Shown here piece by piece: positions 19,908-29,189 of a DNA stretch of 64,000 bases. A model generated the notes under the pieces. That model did no database searches, was not told the origin of the DNA, and saw only the letters and a list, made by a program, of their open reading frames with translations. A program made the position numbers and the translations under genes. This DNA is from a virus, in the IMG/VR virus record IMGVR_UViG_3300028563_000011, positions 32,001 to 96,000 of that record; one strand, given 5' to 3'. Each line of letters starts with the position of its first letter. Position 1 is the first letter of the stretch.

Positions 19908-20444
19908 TTAGACTCCCCAATCTTTTGCCTTCGATTGTAAGAATGTATTTAATTTGTCCATTTGATCTTTAGATAAATGCTTGGGAAGCTCATCCAAGAA
20001 CTTCTTACCATCAGCATCCGACTTGAAATTAAGTTTGGGTACTGCTTTAGTTAAAGCATTATATATTTTACCACCAGAATAAATCCCAACTCCTGCAGCT
20101 GTTAAGGCTGCACCTATTGGGTTAAGAACACCAGCAGACATTAACCAATATGCCACTGTACCCCCTAGCAAAGAACCACCCTTAACCGCTAATATAGCAG
20201 CAACAGTTTTTCTAAAAAGACCTGCTCCAGACCCCTTCTCTTCCTCAACCTTTGGTTTTTCCTTATCTTTTGAATCGGAAGAACTTCCGCCAGAACCTGA
20301 AGTAAATTCCCCAGTCTTAGGATCATGATTAGGGTTACCTTGATCTTCTTTAGCTAAAGATTCAATACCCATCTTGATCTTAAGAATACGATCACTGAGC
20401 TTAGAAACTCTTGAGCGGTCCCGCAAAGACAGCATCAACGTCAC
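19908..20444 (-). CDS. NPNHD-tagged protein with glycine-zipper-like hydrophobic hairpin
   Basis: LAK-EDQGNPNHDPKTGEF; GGSLLGG...AAGVGIYSGG. Confidence 0.7.
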   Translation of the reverse strand: MTLMLSLRDRSRVSKLSDRILKIKMGIESLAKEDQGNPNHDPKTGEFTSGSGGSSSDSKDKEKPKVEEEKGSGAGLFRKTVAAILAVKGGSLLGGTVAYWLMSAGVLNPIGAALTAAGVGIYSGGKIYNALTKAVPKLNFKSDADGKKFLDELPKHLSKDQMDKLNTFLQSKAKDWGV

Positions 20445-20489
20445 TCCTTACTTCTTGCCGTAGTACGCACCAAGAGCCATTTGTATACG

Positions 20490-21893
20490 TTAAGCCTTTG
20501 ATTTACCCTTAAATCTCTTATTGTCAGAATGGACAAAATCATGGATAAAGTCGGAAGCTTTAGCGTCTGCCCCCAAGGTCTTCAATAAAGTATCTATATC
20601 AAAATCAGAAACAGATTTATTCATTTCAATATCTTCAAAGTTTAATTTCTTTCCACCAATGCTAAATCCTTTATACACCCCATTCTCGTATTTAGACAAT
20701 AACTCAGGAGTAGAAGGCTTCATCGCAATCATCAACCCCGTTGTACGGGTATTGATACCCATAGCTTTAGCTATATCTGTCGTCAAGGGAAAAGCAAACA
20801 CGATAGAACCCTTACCATCCCCTACGTGCATTTCCTTTGCTAATCGGGAATTCTCCATAAAATCGGAAGAGGCTTCGAGCATAGATTGTTCTGGGATGTG
20901 TTCTGGAACACGTTCCCCTGAACTATCGCGATTGAGGTCGTAGTAGTCTTCCCCATCACGCTTGCATACAATGGCCCAGCCAAAGACAAGACCGAGGTTA
21001 GAGTCAACCTTGATAACATCAACATTTTGTCCTTCAGGGTTCTCTTCTAAATCCTCAAGATTATGAGTACCTTGACCCTCACACTTCGCACCTAAAGCAA
21101 CACACTGATCATGAATTGATTGTAACTGATCGTACTCTTGTTTTGTGTGCCTAGCACCAATCTTCTTCATTCCAGCATCGCCTACAATATCTTTGTAGCG
21201 ATCCATAGACAAACAATCTTCACCCTTGTTTTGAAGGTCAATAGCTCTCTCGGTTAATTCGTGTAATGATAAATCACCAGGTAATCCTTTTGGGGAGTCT
21301 TCCCGAGCGTACTCCAAAAGCCTAATAAATAATGGGACGTCAAGAGTAATAGAATGATCAGTCATATCTAACTTCTCAACAATTCCATCTGTTGCATTAG
21401 GAGTAATTTCTTCAAATGTTTCTGGTCCCAACTCAATTACTCCCTGATAAGGCTCAACCTCATCCAAATCTAAGCCTTTGGGGACCCCATTATAGGTCAA
21501 AGTAATATGAGGCTGAAATCCCGGCCAATCCCAAGAAGCCCCCTTATTACGAATGTCCTCATTACGGTAAGCCAAATCTGGGCTAGCAAACATCAAGACA
21601 ATAGCATCAGGACCTAAAGGCTCAACAACTCTAGGTCCTCCAGGCATGATAGTTAAAGTACCATCTACACGGAATGGGCTACCAGGATAAGTATTCTGGT
21701 TTGACCCCATTTTGATCCAATCAACCGGGGTCTTAGAATAAGCTATCGTAACGTGCATTTCTTCAGGGGGTACAACTTTGTCAAAGCCTTGGGACTTAGC
21801 CCAAGATATAATGTCTTGAGCATTCAAGACATTACGGTAAACATAAAGAGTACGAGGCTGAGCCTTCGTTATGTCTAACATAATCACTTCCAA
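20490..21893 (-). CDS. Fusion of Acb1-like 2H phosphoesterase (anti-CBASS) and XkdF-like prohead serine protease
   Basis: N-terminal HVTIAYS...PHITLTY 2H motifs (T4 gp57B/Acb1-like); C-terminal LVFGWA...EMH...YKGFSIGG protease motifs. Confidence 0.8.
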   Translation of the reverse strand: MEVIMLDITKAQPRTLYVYRNVLNAQDIISWAKSQGFDKVVPPEEMHVTIAYSKTPVDWIKMGSNQNTYPGSPFRVDGTLTIMPGGPRVVEPLGPDAIVLMFASPDLAYRNEDIRNKGASWDWPGFQPHITLTYNGVPKGLDLDEVEPYQGVIELGPETFEEITPNATDGIVEKLDMTDHSITLDVPLFIRLLEYAREDSPKGLPGDLSLHELTERAIDLQNKGEDCLSMDRYKDIVGDAGMKKIGARHTKQEYDQLQSIHDQCVALGAKCEGQGTHNLEDLEENPEGQNVDVIKVDSNLGLVFGWAIVCKRDGEDYYDLNRDSSGERVPEHIPEQSMLEASSDFMENSRLAKEMHVGDGKGSIVFAFPLTTDIAKAMGINTRTTGLMIAMKPSTPELLSKYENGVYKGFSIGGKKLNFEDIEMNKSVSDFDIDTLLKTLGADAKASDFIHDFVHSDNKRFKGKSKA

Positions 21894-22171
21894 CTATCAG
21901 GAAGCTGATCTTCAGCACCAAGGGCTTTTGCCCTTGCCTTGATATGAGCTTTCGTTTTACCGGGGTCCTTTGCGCGCCCTATTGCCTGAATTGCATTATG
22001 CAAGTCAGACACATTAGCAATCGGATAACCTCCCCCTCCCATAGCCTGACCTTTATCAGCCATCTTTTGTCGTTGCTTATCTGAAAATTCTCTTTTGTGT
22101 AAATTTGTCAGAAGTGGACGTAACTTCTCAATCCTATCACTAAGTTTACGTATTCGCTGGATAGGCAACAT
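21884..22171 (-). CDS. Small head-associated protein (DUF6582-like domain)
   Basis: GYPIANVSDLHNAIQAIGRA...HIKARAKALG...LPDSW; coiled-coil leader shared with neighbouring genes. Confidence 0.6.
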   Translation of the reverse strand: MLPIQRIRKLSDRIEKLRPLLTNLHKREFSDKQRQKMADKGQAMGGGGYPIANVSDLHNAIQAIGRAKDPGKTKAHIKARAKALGAEDQLPDSWK

Positions 22172-22181
22172 TTCTTTCTCC

Positions 22182-23156
22182 TTAGAAACCGTACGTAACC
22201 GTGCAACGACAGTTAATTCTCTCAGCGGCTGAAGCGGAAGGGTCGCCTGGGTACATTAACTGTTCTCCGGAAGGAGTTTCAAATGGTGTATCTATACCTT
22301 GAACCGTTTGACCATCCATATCTTGATGGGAATGTCGAGTACGATTACCGGGGGTTGCGTTCCAAGTCTTGGAAACATCGTCGCCACTCATTCCGGCAGA
22401 GTCTAAAACTTGTTGCATAGCTTCTTGTCTGGCCAAAGATAAAATGGATAAGGACTCGGTCCTAGCTATAGTCTCAGCCCTATAATTCAACATTTGCTCG
22501 CGATAACGATCAACCATTCGATCAATTTGATCAGAGGTTAAAGAGTTACCCGTGTCAATAACGCCTTGAACTGTACCATCAAAGCGACGATCTCGTAATT
22601 GACGAGTTAAAGCGTCAGCAGAGCCTTGTTCTAACAGAGTTCTATAATTATCAACAGCTGAAAGCTGATAGGGAGTTAATCCAATAGAGTCAACAAGCTG
22701 TCTTGCTGTTTGTCTTACACCTTGACCTTGACTTAGCCCATTAGCCAAGATCTGGCGAGTATTTGCAGTTTGGTCAGCTGTAAAATTCTGTATAAAATCC
22801 AAACGCGAAGATCTCATCAAAGCAGAAGCCCGTTCATTTGTAGAATCAAATGAAACAGTTGGTTCTGCCTTAGCTAAAGTGGGAGTAATATGAGCCTTTT
22901 CGCCTAATTTATCTCTCAAGTACGAAACTTCTTCATTAGCTATATCGATAAATAACTGAGGTAAGATATTCCCCAAGCGAGTTATAGCGTTTTCAATTAA
23001 CTGATTGACTCTCTCAAACTTACCTTGATCCAAAAGGTTGTGTATAGCGTTATGAGTTTGTGGAGACTGAGCCTCATCTACAAATGCTAAAATTGTACGT
23101 TTGAATTTATTAGTGGCCCAACTGTGTAAATTTATAGTCCTAACCTGATCCGACAT
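22182..23156 (-). CDS. MuF / SPP1 gp7-like minor head protein
   Basis: RAETIARTE, KTW...RTRHSH and YPGDP...INCRC. Confidence 0.9.
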   Translation of the reverse strand: MSDQVRTINLHSWATNKFKRTILAFVDEAQSPQTHNAIHNLLDQGKFERVNQLIENAITRLGNILPQLFIDIANEEVSYLRDKLGEKAHITPTLAKAEPTVSFDSTNERASALMRSSRLDFIQNFTADQTANTRQILANGLSQGQGVRQTARQLVDSIGLTPYQLSAVDNYRTLLEQGSADALTRQLRDRRFDGTVQGVIDTGNSLTSDQIDRMVDRYREQMLNYRAETIARTESLSILSLARQEAMQQVLDSAGMSGDDVSKTWNATPGNRTRHSHQDMDGQTVQGIDTPFETPSGEQLMYPGDPSASAAERINCRCTVTYGF

Positions 23157-23861
23157 TCAACCCCCAGCTTCTTTCGATAAATCTCCAAGCATTTTCTTTT
23201 CTTGCAAAGACTCAACATTCTTTTGTTGCTTTACACGATCTTTAAGAGCAGCGTCAAGTTCACTAATTTTAGCCCGAGTAACCGCTAAAGCATCGATAGC
23301 TTCTATAGTTGGCTCCTTACCCGCAGCCTTTTTTAGGTCTATGACTTCAAGCATCATAGCTAATTCACGGTTTGTTGCATCCAATTCAGCTTGCATAGCT
23401 GCTGTCATATTGGAATTAACTAATGTATGAATCACATCTAATTTATTTGTTGTAACTTTACCTTGAACTATTAAAGTGGTATTAGTAAGGATCGCTTGCT
23501 CAGCTAACCTAGCTTGTGCATCAAGCAAGTTCTTAGAAGATGTAGCGGCAACAGTTGCTACCTTTTTATTTTCTTCCAGTAATTTCTGGGCTGCAATAGC
23601 AGCTTGACGAGCTACTTCTTCTTGGTGTTCATAAAGAACTTTAGCGTCTTCTTTTTGAACGGCTGCAACAGCATCTAAACGCGCCCAATCTTCTTTGCGT
23701 TCGGCACTACGAATTGCTGCATCTTGAGCTTTCTCAGCAGCTTTAGCTTTGGCTAAAGATTTAGCCATAAGCCAAGGAGCGACAACACTTGTTAACATAA
23801 CAGGAACAGCAACAAGTAAAAGCGGGGCAACACTCTCAACTATTGTTGGATGATCCAACAT
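23157..23861 (-). CDS. Membrane-anchored coiled-coil protein
   Basis: N-terminal TM helix, then coiled coil with IHTLVNSNMT motif. Confidence 0.55.
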   Translation of the reverse strand: MLDHPTIVESVAPLLLVAVPVMLTSVVAPWLMAKSLAKAKAAEKAQDAAIRSAERKEDWARLDAVAAVQKEDAKVLYEHQEEVARQAAIAAQKLLEENKKVATVAATSSKNLLDAQARLAEQAILTNTTLIVQGKVTTNKLDVIHTLVNSNMTAAMQAELDATNRELAMMLEVIDLKKAAGKEPTIEAIDALAVTRAKISELDAALKDRVKQQKNVESLQEKKMLGDLSKEAGG

Positions 23862-23866
23862 TTAAC

Positions 23867-24016
23867 TTAAAATCGACCTAATAAGATTAAGATCAATACA
23901 ACAACTAAAACAAGACCTAAACCTCCACCGCCCCAAGCTGGTCCACCAGAGTAATAACCTCCCCCACCGAATACAACTAAGAGTACAATGATAAGTAAGA
24001 TTGTACCTATTGACAT
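23867..24016 (-). CDS. Small two-TM protein (DUF3309-like; not in ORF track)
   Basis: MSIGTILLIIVLLVVFGGGGYYSGGPAWGGGGLGLVLVVVLILILLGRF; TAATG coupling to the upstream gene. Confidence 0.7.
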   Translation of the reverse strand: MSIGTILLIIVLLVVFGGGGYYSGGPAWGGGGLGLVLVVVLILILLGRF

Positions 24017-24531
24017 TATACCCTCTCTAGGAGTTCTTTAGTCCAGCCTGACATGGAAGTAACCCTACCCTTCAATTCAGGGAGGTAGGTTTCCCAAGCT
24101 TTACGGTGGAGTATTGCCTCATCCCAAGAACCCGGTAAATCGAAATGGGCACGATTTGGATCTAAAGGCACCCCAGTTAGAACAACACTCTGGCACAATT
24201 TCAAACCAACAAGTGTTGCAATTAACCCGGAAGAGCCACCATTACAAGGGATACGTTGAACAGGAAATTTAGTCTTATGATGAATTGTAGCTCCACGAAA
24301 CACTGACGACCAAAACGATGTTACGTCTGGGTAGCCAGCTTTCTTACGAAGATCAATCCAATGTGGAAACAAATCAATATGATAAGACACCCAGTGATCA
24401 AAAGCATCTGGATAAGACACACCAGCACTATTAATGGCAATAATACAATCAAAACAATAAAGTCTTTTAGCTTCTGCAACCTCTTCCCAAACGCCACCTG
24501 CGCTGCCAATAACAAGGGCACAGTTAAGCAT
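24016..24531 (-). CDS. Rossmann-like protein of the glycosylation cluster
   Basis: ALVIGSA...IAIN...GGSSGL...VVLTGVPLD motifs (MptE/DUF115/GT-related). Confidence 0.5.
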   Translation of the reverse strand: MLNCALVIGSAGGVWEEVAEAKRLYCFDCIIAINSAGVSYPDAFDHWVSYHIDLFPHWIDLRKKAGYPDVTSFWSSVFRGATIHHKTKFPVQRIPCNGGSSGLIATLVGLKLCQSVVLTGVPLDPNRAHFDLPGSWDEAILHRKAWETYLPELKGRVTSMSGWTKELLERV

Positions 24532-24859
24532 CTTTCACTTTATCTTTAGCAGAAAACGCCATCAACGGCCACAACTGTCTAATAGCATCCTCGTAAGCAA
24601 ACTGCTGACCTAGAGCAAAATTATAGTTTTCCGAAGACATCGGAGCACTTTTACCAATAACAACAAACCCATTCTTCATAATCAACATACAAATTGAAAG
24701 TACCTCTAAAGAAGCTAGAGCCGTATTAGGAGCATACGGAATAATATCTTTACCATTGAGATCAAACTTATAAGCAATTTGATCTTCAATGTCCTTCAAA
24801 GCAATCCGCGGTGCCTTAGCAAACTTTGCGGATTGCTTATCCGTTTCGTAAATGCTCAC
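24524..24859 (-). CDS. N4 Gp49/Sf6 gp66 family protein (putative Acb4-like nucleotide sponge)
   Basis: APRI...ICMLIMKNGFVVIGKSAPMSSENYNFALG...A...AIRQLWPL family signature. Confidence 0.75.
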   Translation of the reverse strand: MSIYETDKQSAKFAKAPRIALKDIEDQIAYKFDLNGKDIIPYAPNTALASLEVLSICMLIMKNGFVVIGKSAPMSSENYNFALGQQFAYEDAIRQLWPLMAFSAKDKVKDA

Positions 24860-24860
24860 C

Positions 24861-25031
24861 TTAACCTCGAACAGGAGGGCCGTACACCTGCCAACCCAAG
24901 AGAAGGAAGAGTATAAAAACTAAAACAGCGTTACCTGCAAATACGTAAGCTCCCACCACTCCTACATAGGAAAGCACCCCGAAGACAAACCAAATAAGCA
25001 TTAAAACCCAAAACATTAAACCACGGGCCAT
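24861..25031 (-). CDS. Small two-TM membrane protein (not in ORF track)
   Basis: MARGLMFWVLMLIWFVFG...FILFLLLGWQVYGPPVRG; GGAGG RBS. Confidence 0.65.
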   Translation of the reverse strand: MARGLMFWVLMLIWFVFGVLSYVGVVGAYVFAGNAVLVFILFLLLGWQVYGPPVRG

Positions 25032-25043
25032 CACACCCTCCTA

Positions 25044-25310
25044 TTACTTATTGGGGAACGGTTTGCCATCAGAACTTACACCTGTTCCAGACTTGCCAAG
25101 TTCAGGTTGGATCTGCATACCCCCACCCTTGACTTCTGTCCCAGGTAAGTTGGGTTGGACCTGCATATGAACAACGTCAGGGCTTTCCGGGTGATCCGTA
25201 ACATGATCCCGAGGAACAGTGATTTCCGAACCATCACCTAAATGAATTGTACGTGTATGCTGATCTTCTTTAACCAGCATAACCTTTTGTCCCTTATAGT
25301 AAACAACCAT
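25044..25310 (-). CDS. Hypothetical protein
   Basis: AGGAG RBS; downstream of a putative promoter. Confidence 0.5.
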   Translation of the reverse strand: MVVYYKGQKVMLVKEDQHTRTIHLGDGSEITVPRDHVTDHPESPDVVHMQVQPNLPGTEVKGGGMQIQPELGKSGTGVSSDGKPFPNK

Positions 25311-25357
25311 GGGTTTCTCTCCTTTGAAGAGATGCTACCGCCCAACAATCAATTTGA

Positions 25358-25395
25358 TTTTGATTTGTATACTACGTTTCTCGACATTGGTAAAG
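25358..25395 (-). promoter_or_regulatory. Putative sigma70-like promoter
   Basis: Minus strand TTTACC-17 nt-TATACA in the intergenic gap, followed by GGCGGTAG at 25335-25342. Confidence 0.35.
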
Positions 25396-25405
25396 CACTA
25401 AATTA

Positions 25406-26248
25406 TTACGACAATTGTTTCCACAAAGTCCCATCAACAAGCTCTTTTTCATTCCATTGCTGATACGCTAAAGCATGTACCCACTGAGTACGATCTGGAT
25501 AAAGCGGAGACTCAATCTTGGAGAAATCAGTTTCTCCTACCAAAGCAGCTGCCGACATTGGGTCTACAAAGACAGGACAACCCATCATAACAGCTTCCAC
25601 TGCTGCTATAGACCCATGCGTCACAAGAGCATGAGCTTCTCTTAATTGATCATCCAACGGAACTCTTGATTCTTTATCTCGAACTATAATTTCTCTTGTT
25701 GTGTATTTCCTTAACTCAGTAACTGTACGGCTGACCCAATTACGATCTGCAAATACATCCCAGTAATCAAACCCTGTATCAGCTACTAGAATATGCTTAC
25801 CCCAATGCCAAGGCCAAGGATAAGCCTGACTAACTCCCACACTTGTATTTACCTCATGAAGTTTTAAGGCTTTCCATCGATCATCAGGAACCGCGTTAAT
25901 AACTTGCATCTGATAGTCATTTAACGTCCAACGATAGTACCCGCCTGGAACTCCCAATTCGTGTCCAGTAGGCATCCATGTTGCAAACACACGTCTTAGG
26001 TATCCTCTATCCCAAAATATAAAGTTACGACCACGTAACTTCCATTCTGCAAAGTTCTGACGAAACTGAGGCGAAACCCCAACGATAGGTATTACCTCAT
26101 CTGGAAGAGTTTTGATCTTCTCATAGTCATGACGAATGATACTACCACCGCAAGCTATTATCTTTTTACCAATATCTTCAAATAGATGGAGCTTAAACTT
26201 TCTTAGGTTTGGCGGGATAAACAGACAAACTTGCTTTGGATCGATCAT
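25406..26248 (-). CDS. GT-B-type glycosyltransferase-like protein
   Basis: DRGY and ALVTHGSIAAVEAVMMGCPVF (capsule-synthesis-like C-terminus). Confidence 0.6.
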   Translation of the reverse strand: MIDPKQVCLFIPPNLRKFKLHLFEDIGKKIIACGGSIIRHDYEKIKTLPDEVIPIVGVSPQFRQNFAEWKLRGRNFIFWDRGYLRRVFATWMPTGHELGVPGGYYRWTLNDYQMQVINAVPDDRWKALKLHEVNTSVGVSQAYPWPWHWGKHILVADTGFDYWDVFADRNWVSRTVTELRKYTTREIIVRDKESRVPLDDQLREAHALVTHGSIAAVEAVMMGCPVFVDPMSAAALVGETDFSKIESPLYPDRTQWVHALAYQQWNEKELVDGTLWKQLS

Positions 26249-26423
26249 ATTTTAACCACTCTTCTTTTATTCGCTCTGGATCCACTTTCCACAGAGTACA
26301 AAGATCTCCGTGAACCATCTCTACTCCCCATGGACGTAATCGATCTATCATAGCTCGAATATCTTGACCGCACAAGCCTGGACAAAGTCTCAACAAATCA
26401 TACATGGAATAGACTTTAGACAT
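26193..26423 (-). CDS. Hypothetical protein
   Basis: Overlapping, coupled ORF within the cluster. Confidence 0.4.
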   Translation of the reverse strand: MSKVYSMYDLLRLCPGLCGQDIRAMIDRLRPWGVEMVHGDLCTLWKVDPERIKEEWLKYDRSKASLSVYPAKPKKV

Positions 26424-27129
26424 TCAAAACTGCACCACCGTATTTCCATAAGGTACTCTTGGAGATTGGTTCCCAAACCAAATGCTGGTTAGAATTAAAC
26501 CAAGCAAATTTCTCCCCTACATAGAATTTCCGCTTCTCAAATATTCGCTTCTCACAACCAAATACCATAAAAGGATAATCAGTAAAGTACAATAAGTGCG
26601 AAGGACCACCTAATACAAAAAAGTTCATCGTAGCACCAGCGTATAACGCCATACGCTCGTGAAGATGAATAGGTTTTACTGAGTAATCTTCAATAACCAA
26701 AGCCCCAATATCAGCCGCAAATCCACGCCATAATTTCTCATCTGAATTACGCCAAGGCTCTTGCTTACTCTTACGTAAAGTCACCGTAAAATCAACCTGT
26801 TTTGGAGGAAGCACTGTCTTAAGTCTAGGAAAGTTATAATCTGGCTTGTAGTTCTCTAAGAACTTACTAAAACTTGCCGTTCCTTTAATTTGACCTTCTT
26901 CCCCATTCACACACTCCCGACAAGGTAACCCAGCAAGGGCGGGACCAGGGAATAGTATACTCTTTGCTCGCCGCCTTACATCTTGTAAGCCCCACTCAAA
27001 CATAAGCATGGGGCTAATAGTTTTAGTTTGCAGGATGATTTCGGTAGCCCCTTGAGCCTTTACATGAACTAACCAAGTAAAGAAATCAAAACAAGGTTGG
27101 GCTTCTCGTAAATCATATTTAGCCAACAT
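26416..27129 (-). CDS. Putative glycosyltransferase-related protein
   Basis: FDFFTWL, TVTLR...RNS and RMALYAGATMNFFVLGGP. Confidence 0.45.
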   Translation of the reverse strand: MLAKYDLREAQPCFDFFTWLVHVKAQGATEIILQTKTISPMLMFEWGLQDVRRRAKSILFPGPALAGLPCRECVNGEEGQIKGTASFSKFLENYKPDYNFPRLKTVLPPKQVDFTVTLRKSKQEPWRNSDEKLWRGFAADIGALVIEDYSVKPIHLHERMALYAGATMNFFVLGGPSHLLYFTDYPFMVFGCEKRIFEKRKFYVGEKFAWFNSNQHLVWEPISKSTLWKYGGAVLNV

Positions 27130-27130
27130 C

Positions 27131-27808
27131 TTATACCCAATTCTCCTTTACCCATTTCAAGTGAAGTAAATCCACAGGATTACGCTTACCTACAAAAGTC
27201 ACAATACGCGCATCCACTGGCAACTGATCATCTTTTGGCCATTCACGCTTACGATACACGTATATACCACTTTTGGGTCCAACAGGCCAACCTGGCGCTC
27301 CGGGTAATTTATGCCAAAGCCAACCTTGATCATCCGGCCACTCATAGCGCGGAATATACTCAACAGCCTCCAAAGAGAAATCATCCCAAACACCCGGGTG
27401 TTCCCCAACCCTTACCATAACCAAAGCCCCGTTATAGGGGCAAGGGTTAGATACATTGGCTCCTTGTAGGATAACAAAAGGCTCAGGTCTATCAAATAAA
27501 GGATCAAGAGGACCCGTTATCACAGAATCTAGATCAATACCAACAATTCTATCATCAAACTTATACTTCTTCTGCCATTCAGGTGAAAACATTTGTAGGC
27601 GTATAAAACACCCTTTACCCAACAAATAAAACGACTCCTCAGGAATAGTAAAGACATTATCTATCTCAGGGGATTTGAGAAAAGACTCATCAGTAAATAC
27701 TGAGAACTTATACGGCTGTGTAATGTGCTTCCTTAAGCTTCTTGCAAGAATATGGACGTACGCAGGAGAATATTTGACGCCCCAAAACCAAGTTATGATA
27801 TTAAGCAT
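27131..27808 (-). CDS. GT-A glycosyltransferase-like protein
   Basis: WGVKY...FTD, IDLDSVITG, DDQGWL and IVTFVG.RNP. Confidence 0.7.
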   Translation of the reverse strand: MLNIITWFWGVKYSPAYVHILARSLRKHITQPYKFSVFTDESFLKSPEIDNVFTIPEESFYLLGKGCFIRLQMFSPEWQKKYKFDDRIVGIDLDSVITGPLDPLFDRPEPFVILQGANVSNPCPYNGALVMVRVGEHPGVWDDFSLEAVEYIPRYEWPDDQGWLWHKLPGAPGWPVGPKSGIYVYRKREWPKDDQLPVDARIVTFVGKRNPVDLLHLKWVKENWV

Positions 27809-28340
27809 GAGGAGGATCCATCAAAGCAACCCATTCTTTAACACCAGTATTCCAAGTCCGCTTTACCTCAAACCCGTACTTAGCGAATTCCTGATGCCAC
27901 CACTCACCAGGGTTTACGATCAAATGACTATTACGCCCATCTGAAAGCCAACGTCGCTTTGTAAACTTACAGGAAATAACAACAAATAAAAGTTTCTTGG
28001 TAGCTACAACTAAATCCAACATCACATCGTGTAAACATTCGGGTTCAATATGCTCCATAACATCAAGACAAGTTACAAGATCTGCTGTATTTGTCAAACG
28101 ATCCTTACCCTCAACAGCTGGGTCATATTCAAGTACAGTAAAGGGCAACGGTGGGCGAATACGCTTTATTTCTTTTGCTAGTTCTCCTTTACCACAGCCA
28201 TAGTCAAAGACTGTAACACAACGCTCAATTAGAGCAATACCTGTAACAAGGTAAGCCCACTTACCCGAATTACAGGCGTACTCTTGATCCTCAGCGTGCA
28301 GACGACGCTGCTCTTCTAGGTATTTCTGAGTGATTAACAT
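27801..28340 (-). CDS. Class I SAM-dependent methyltransferase
   Basis: FDYGCGKG, YDPA and CLDVMEHIEP. Confidence 0.85.
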   Translation of the reverse strand: MLITQKYLEEQRRLHAEDQEYACNSGKWAYLVTGIALIERCVTVFDYGCGKGELAKEIKRIRPPLPFTVLEYDPAVEGKDRLTNTADLVTCLDVMEHIEPECLHDVMLDLVVATKKLLFVVISCKFTKRRWLSDGRNSHLIVNPGEWWHQEFAKYGFEVKRTWNTGVKEWVALMDPPHA

Positions 28341-29053
28341 AATCCCGCCAATTCTTGTTTAGACATTTTGTGAACTGCTCCCCAATGGGTATCTACCCAA
28401 TCCAGGTGACCTAACTTACGAGGGTCCCGCCGTCCTGGGAATACAACAAGCCTTGCGTTCTCGGGTAAATCATCTCCAGAAGGCCAGTGTTTTTTCTTAA
28501 AGCCGTACACCCCTTGTTCAGGACCCCACTCACAAGCATTAGGGAGCATATGATGTAACCAAGCTTGATCATCAAAGATTGAGTGCTTTGGTACTTTGTG
28601 TAAAGCCTCTAACGAAAACTCATCCCAGACATCTTGATAATCTCCCGCCTTAAACATCCAAAAGGAACCATTGTATGGGTTAGGGTTTGTTGAATTAATA
28701 CCTTGTAATATAGCAAACTCTTCATACATATCAAACAAAGGATCAAGTTGACCTGTAACAATTGAGTCAATATCTAAATTAACAACCTTCTCCCCCTTCT
28801 TTATGCTGTGAGCTTCCAACCATTTCCAATCAAAAAGCCTCATCCTAACAATACATCCAGGCTCTTGTAGTAATTGCGGGTCGGCTATATTCCAACGGTA
28901 GCACCCTGGGAGAAGAATGTTATTATTTTGAGCGTCAGTCACAACGTGAAAAATGAAAGGCTGTTTTATGTTACGGACTAAAGCCTTACGCAACTTCATC
29001 AAGAAGTAAGGCTTGTACTTGTTCCCCCAAAACCAAGAGACAATATGAATCAT
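28334..29053 (-). CDS. GT-A glycosyltransferase-like protein (paralogue of 27131..27808)
   Basis: WGNKY, LDIDSIVTG, DDQAWL and LVVFPGRRDP. Confidence 0.7.
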   Translation of the reverse strand: MIHIVSWFWGNKYKPYFLMKLRKALVRNIKQPFIFHVVTDAQNNNILLPGCYRWNIADPQLLQEPGCIVRMRLFDWKWLEAHSIKKGEKVVNLDIDSIVTGQLDPLFDMYEEFAILQGINSTNPNPYNGSFWMFKAGDYQDVWDEFSLEALHKVPKHSIFDDQAWLHHMLPNACEWGPEQGVYGFKKKHWPSGDDLPENARLVVFPGRRDPRKLGHLDWVDTHWGAVHKMSKQELAGLC

Positions 29054-29189
29054 TCTATATCTCTTCTATTTCTACCATTTAACCACTCAGTATTTTCCCA
29101 CCATTTCATCCACTCACTACGGGCTATACGGGAGGGACGATTAACTTTAACCCCATTTATCAAAACCCAATCTGGATAAATTTCGATGA

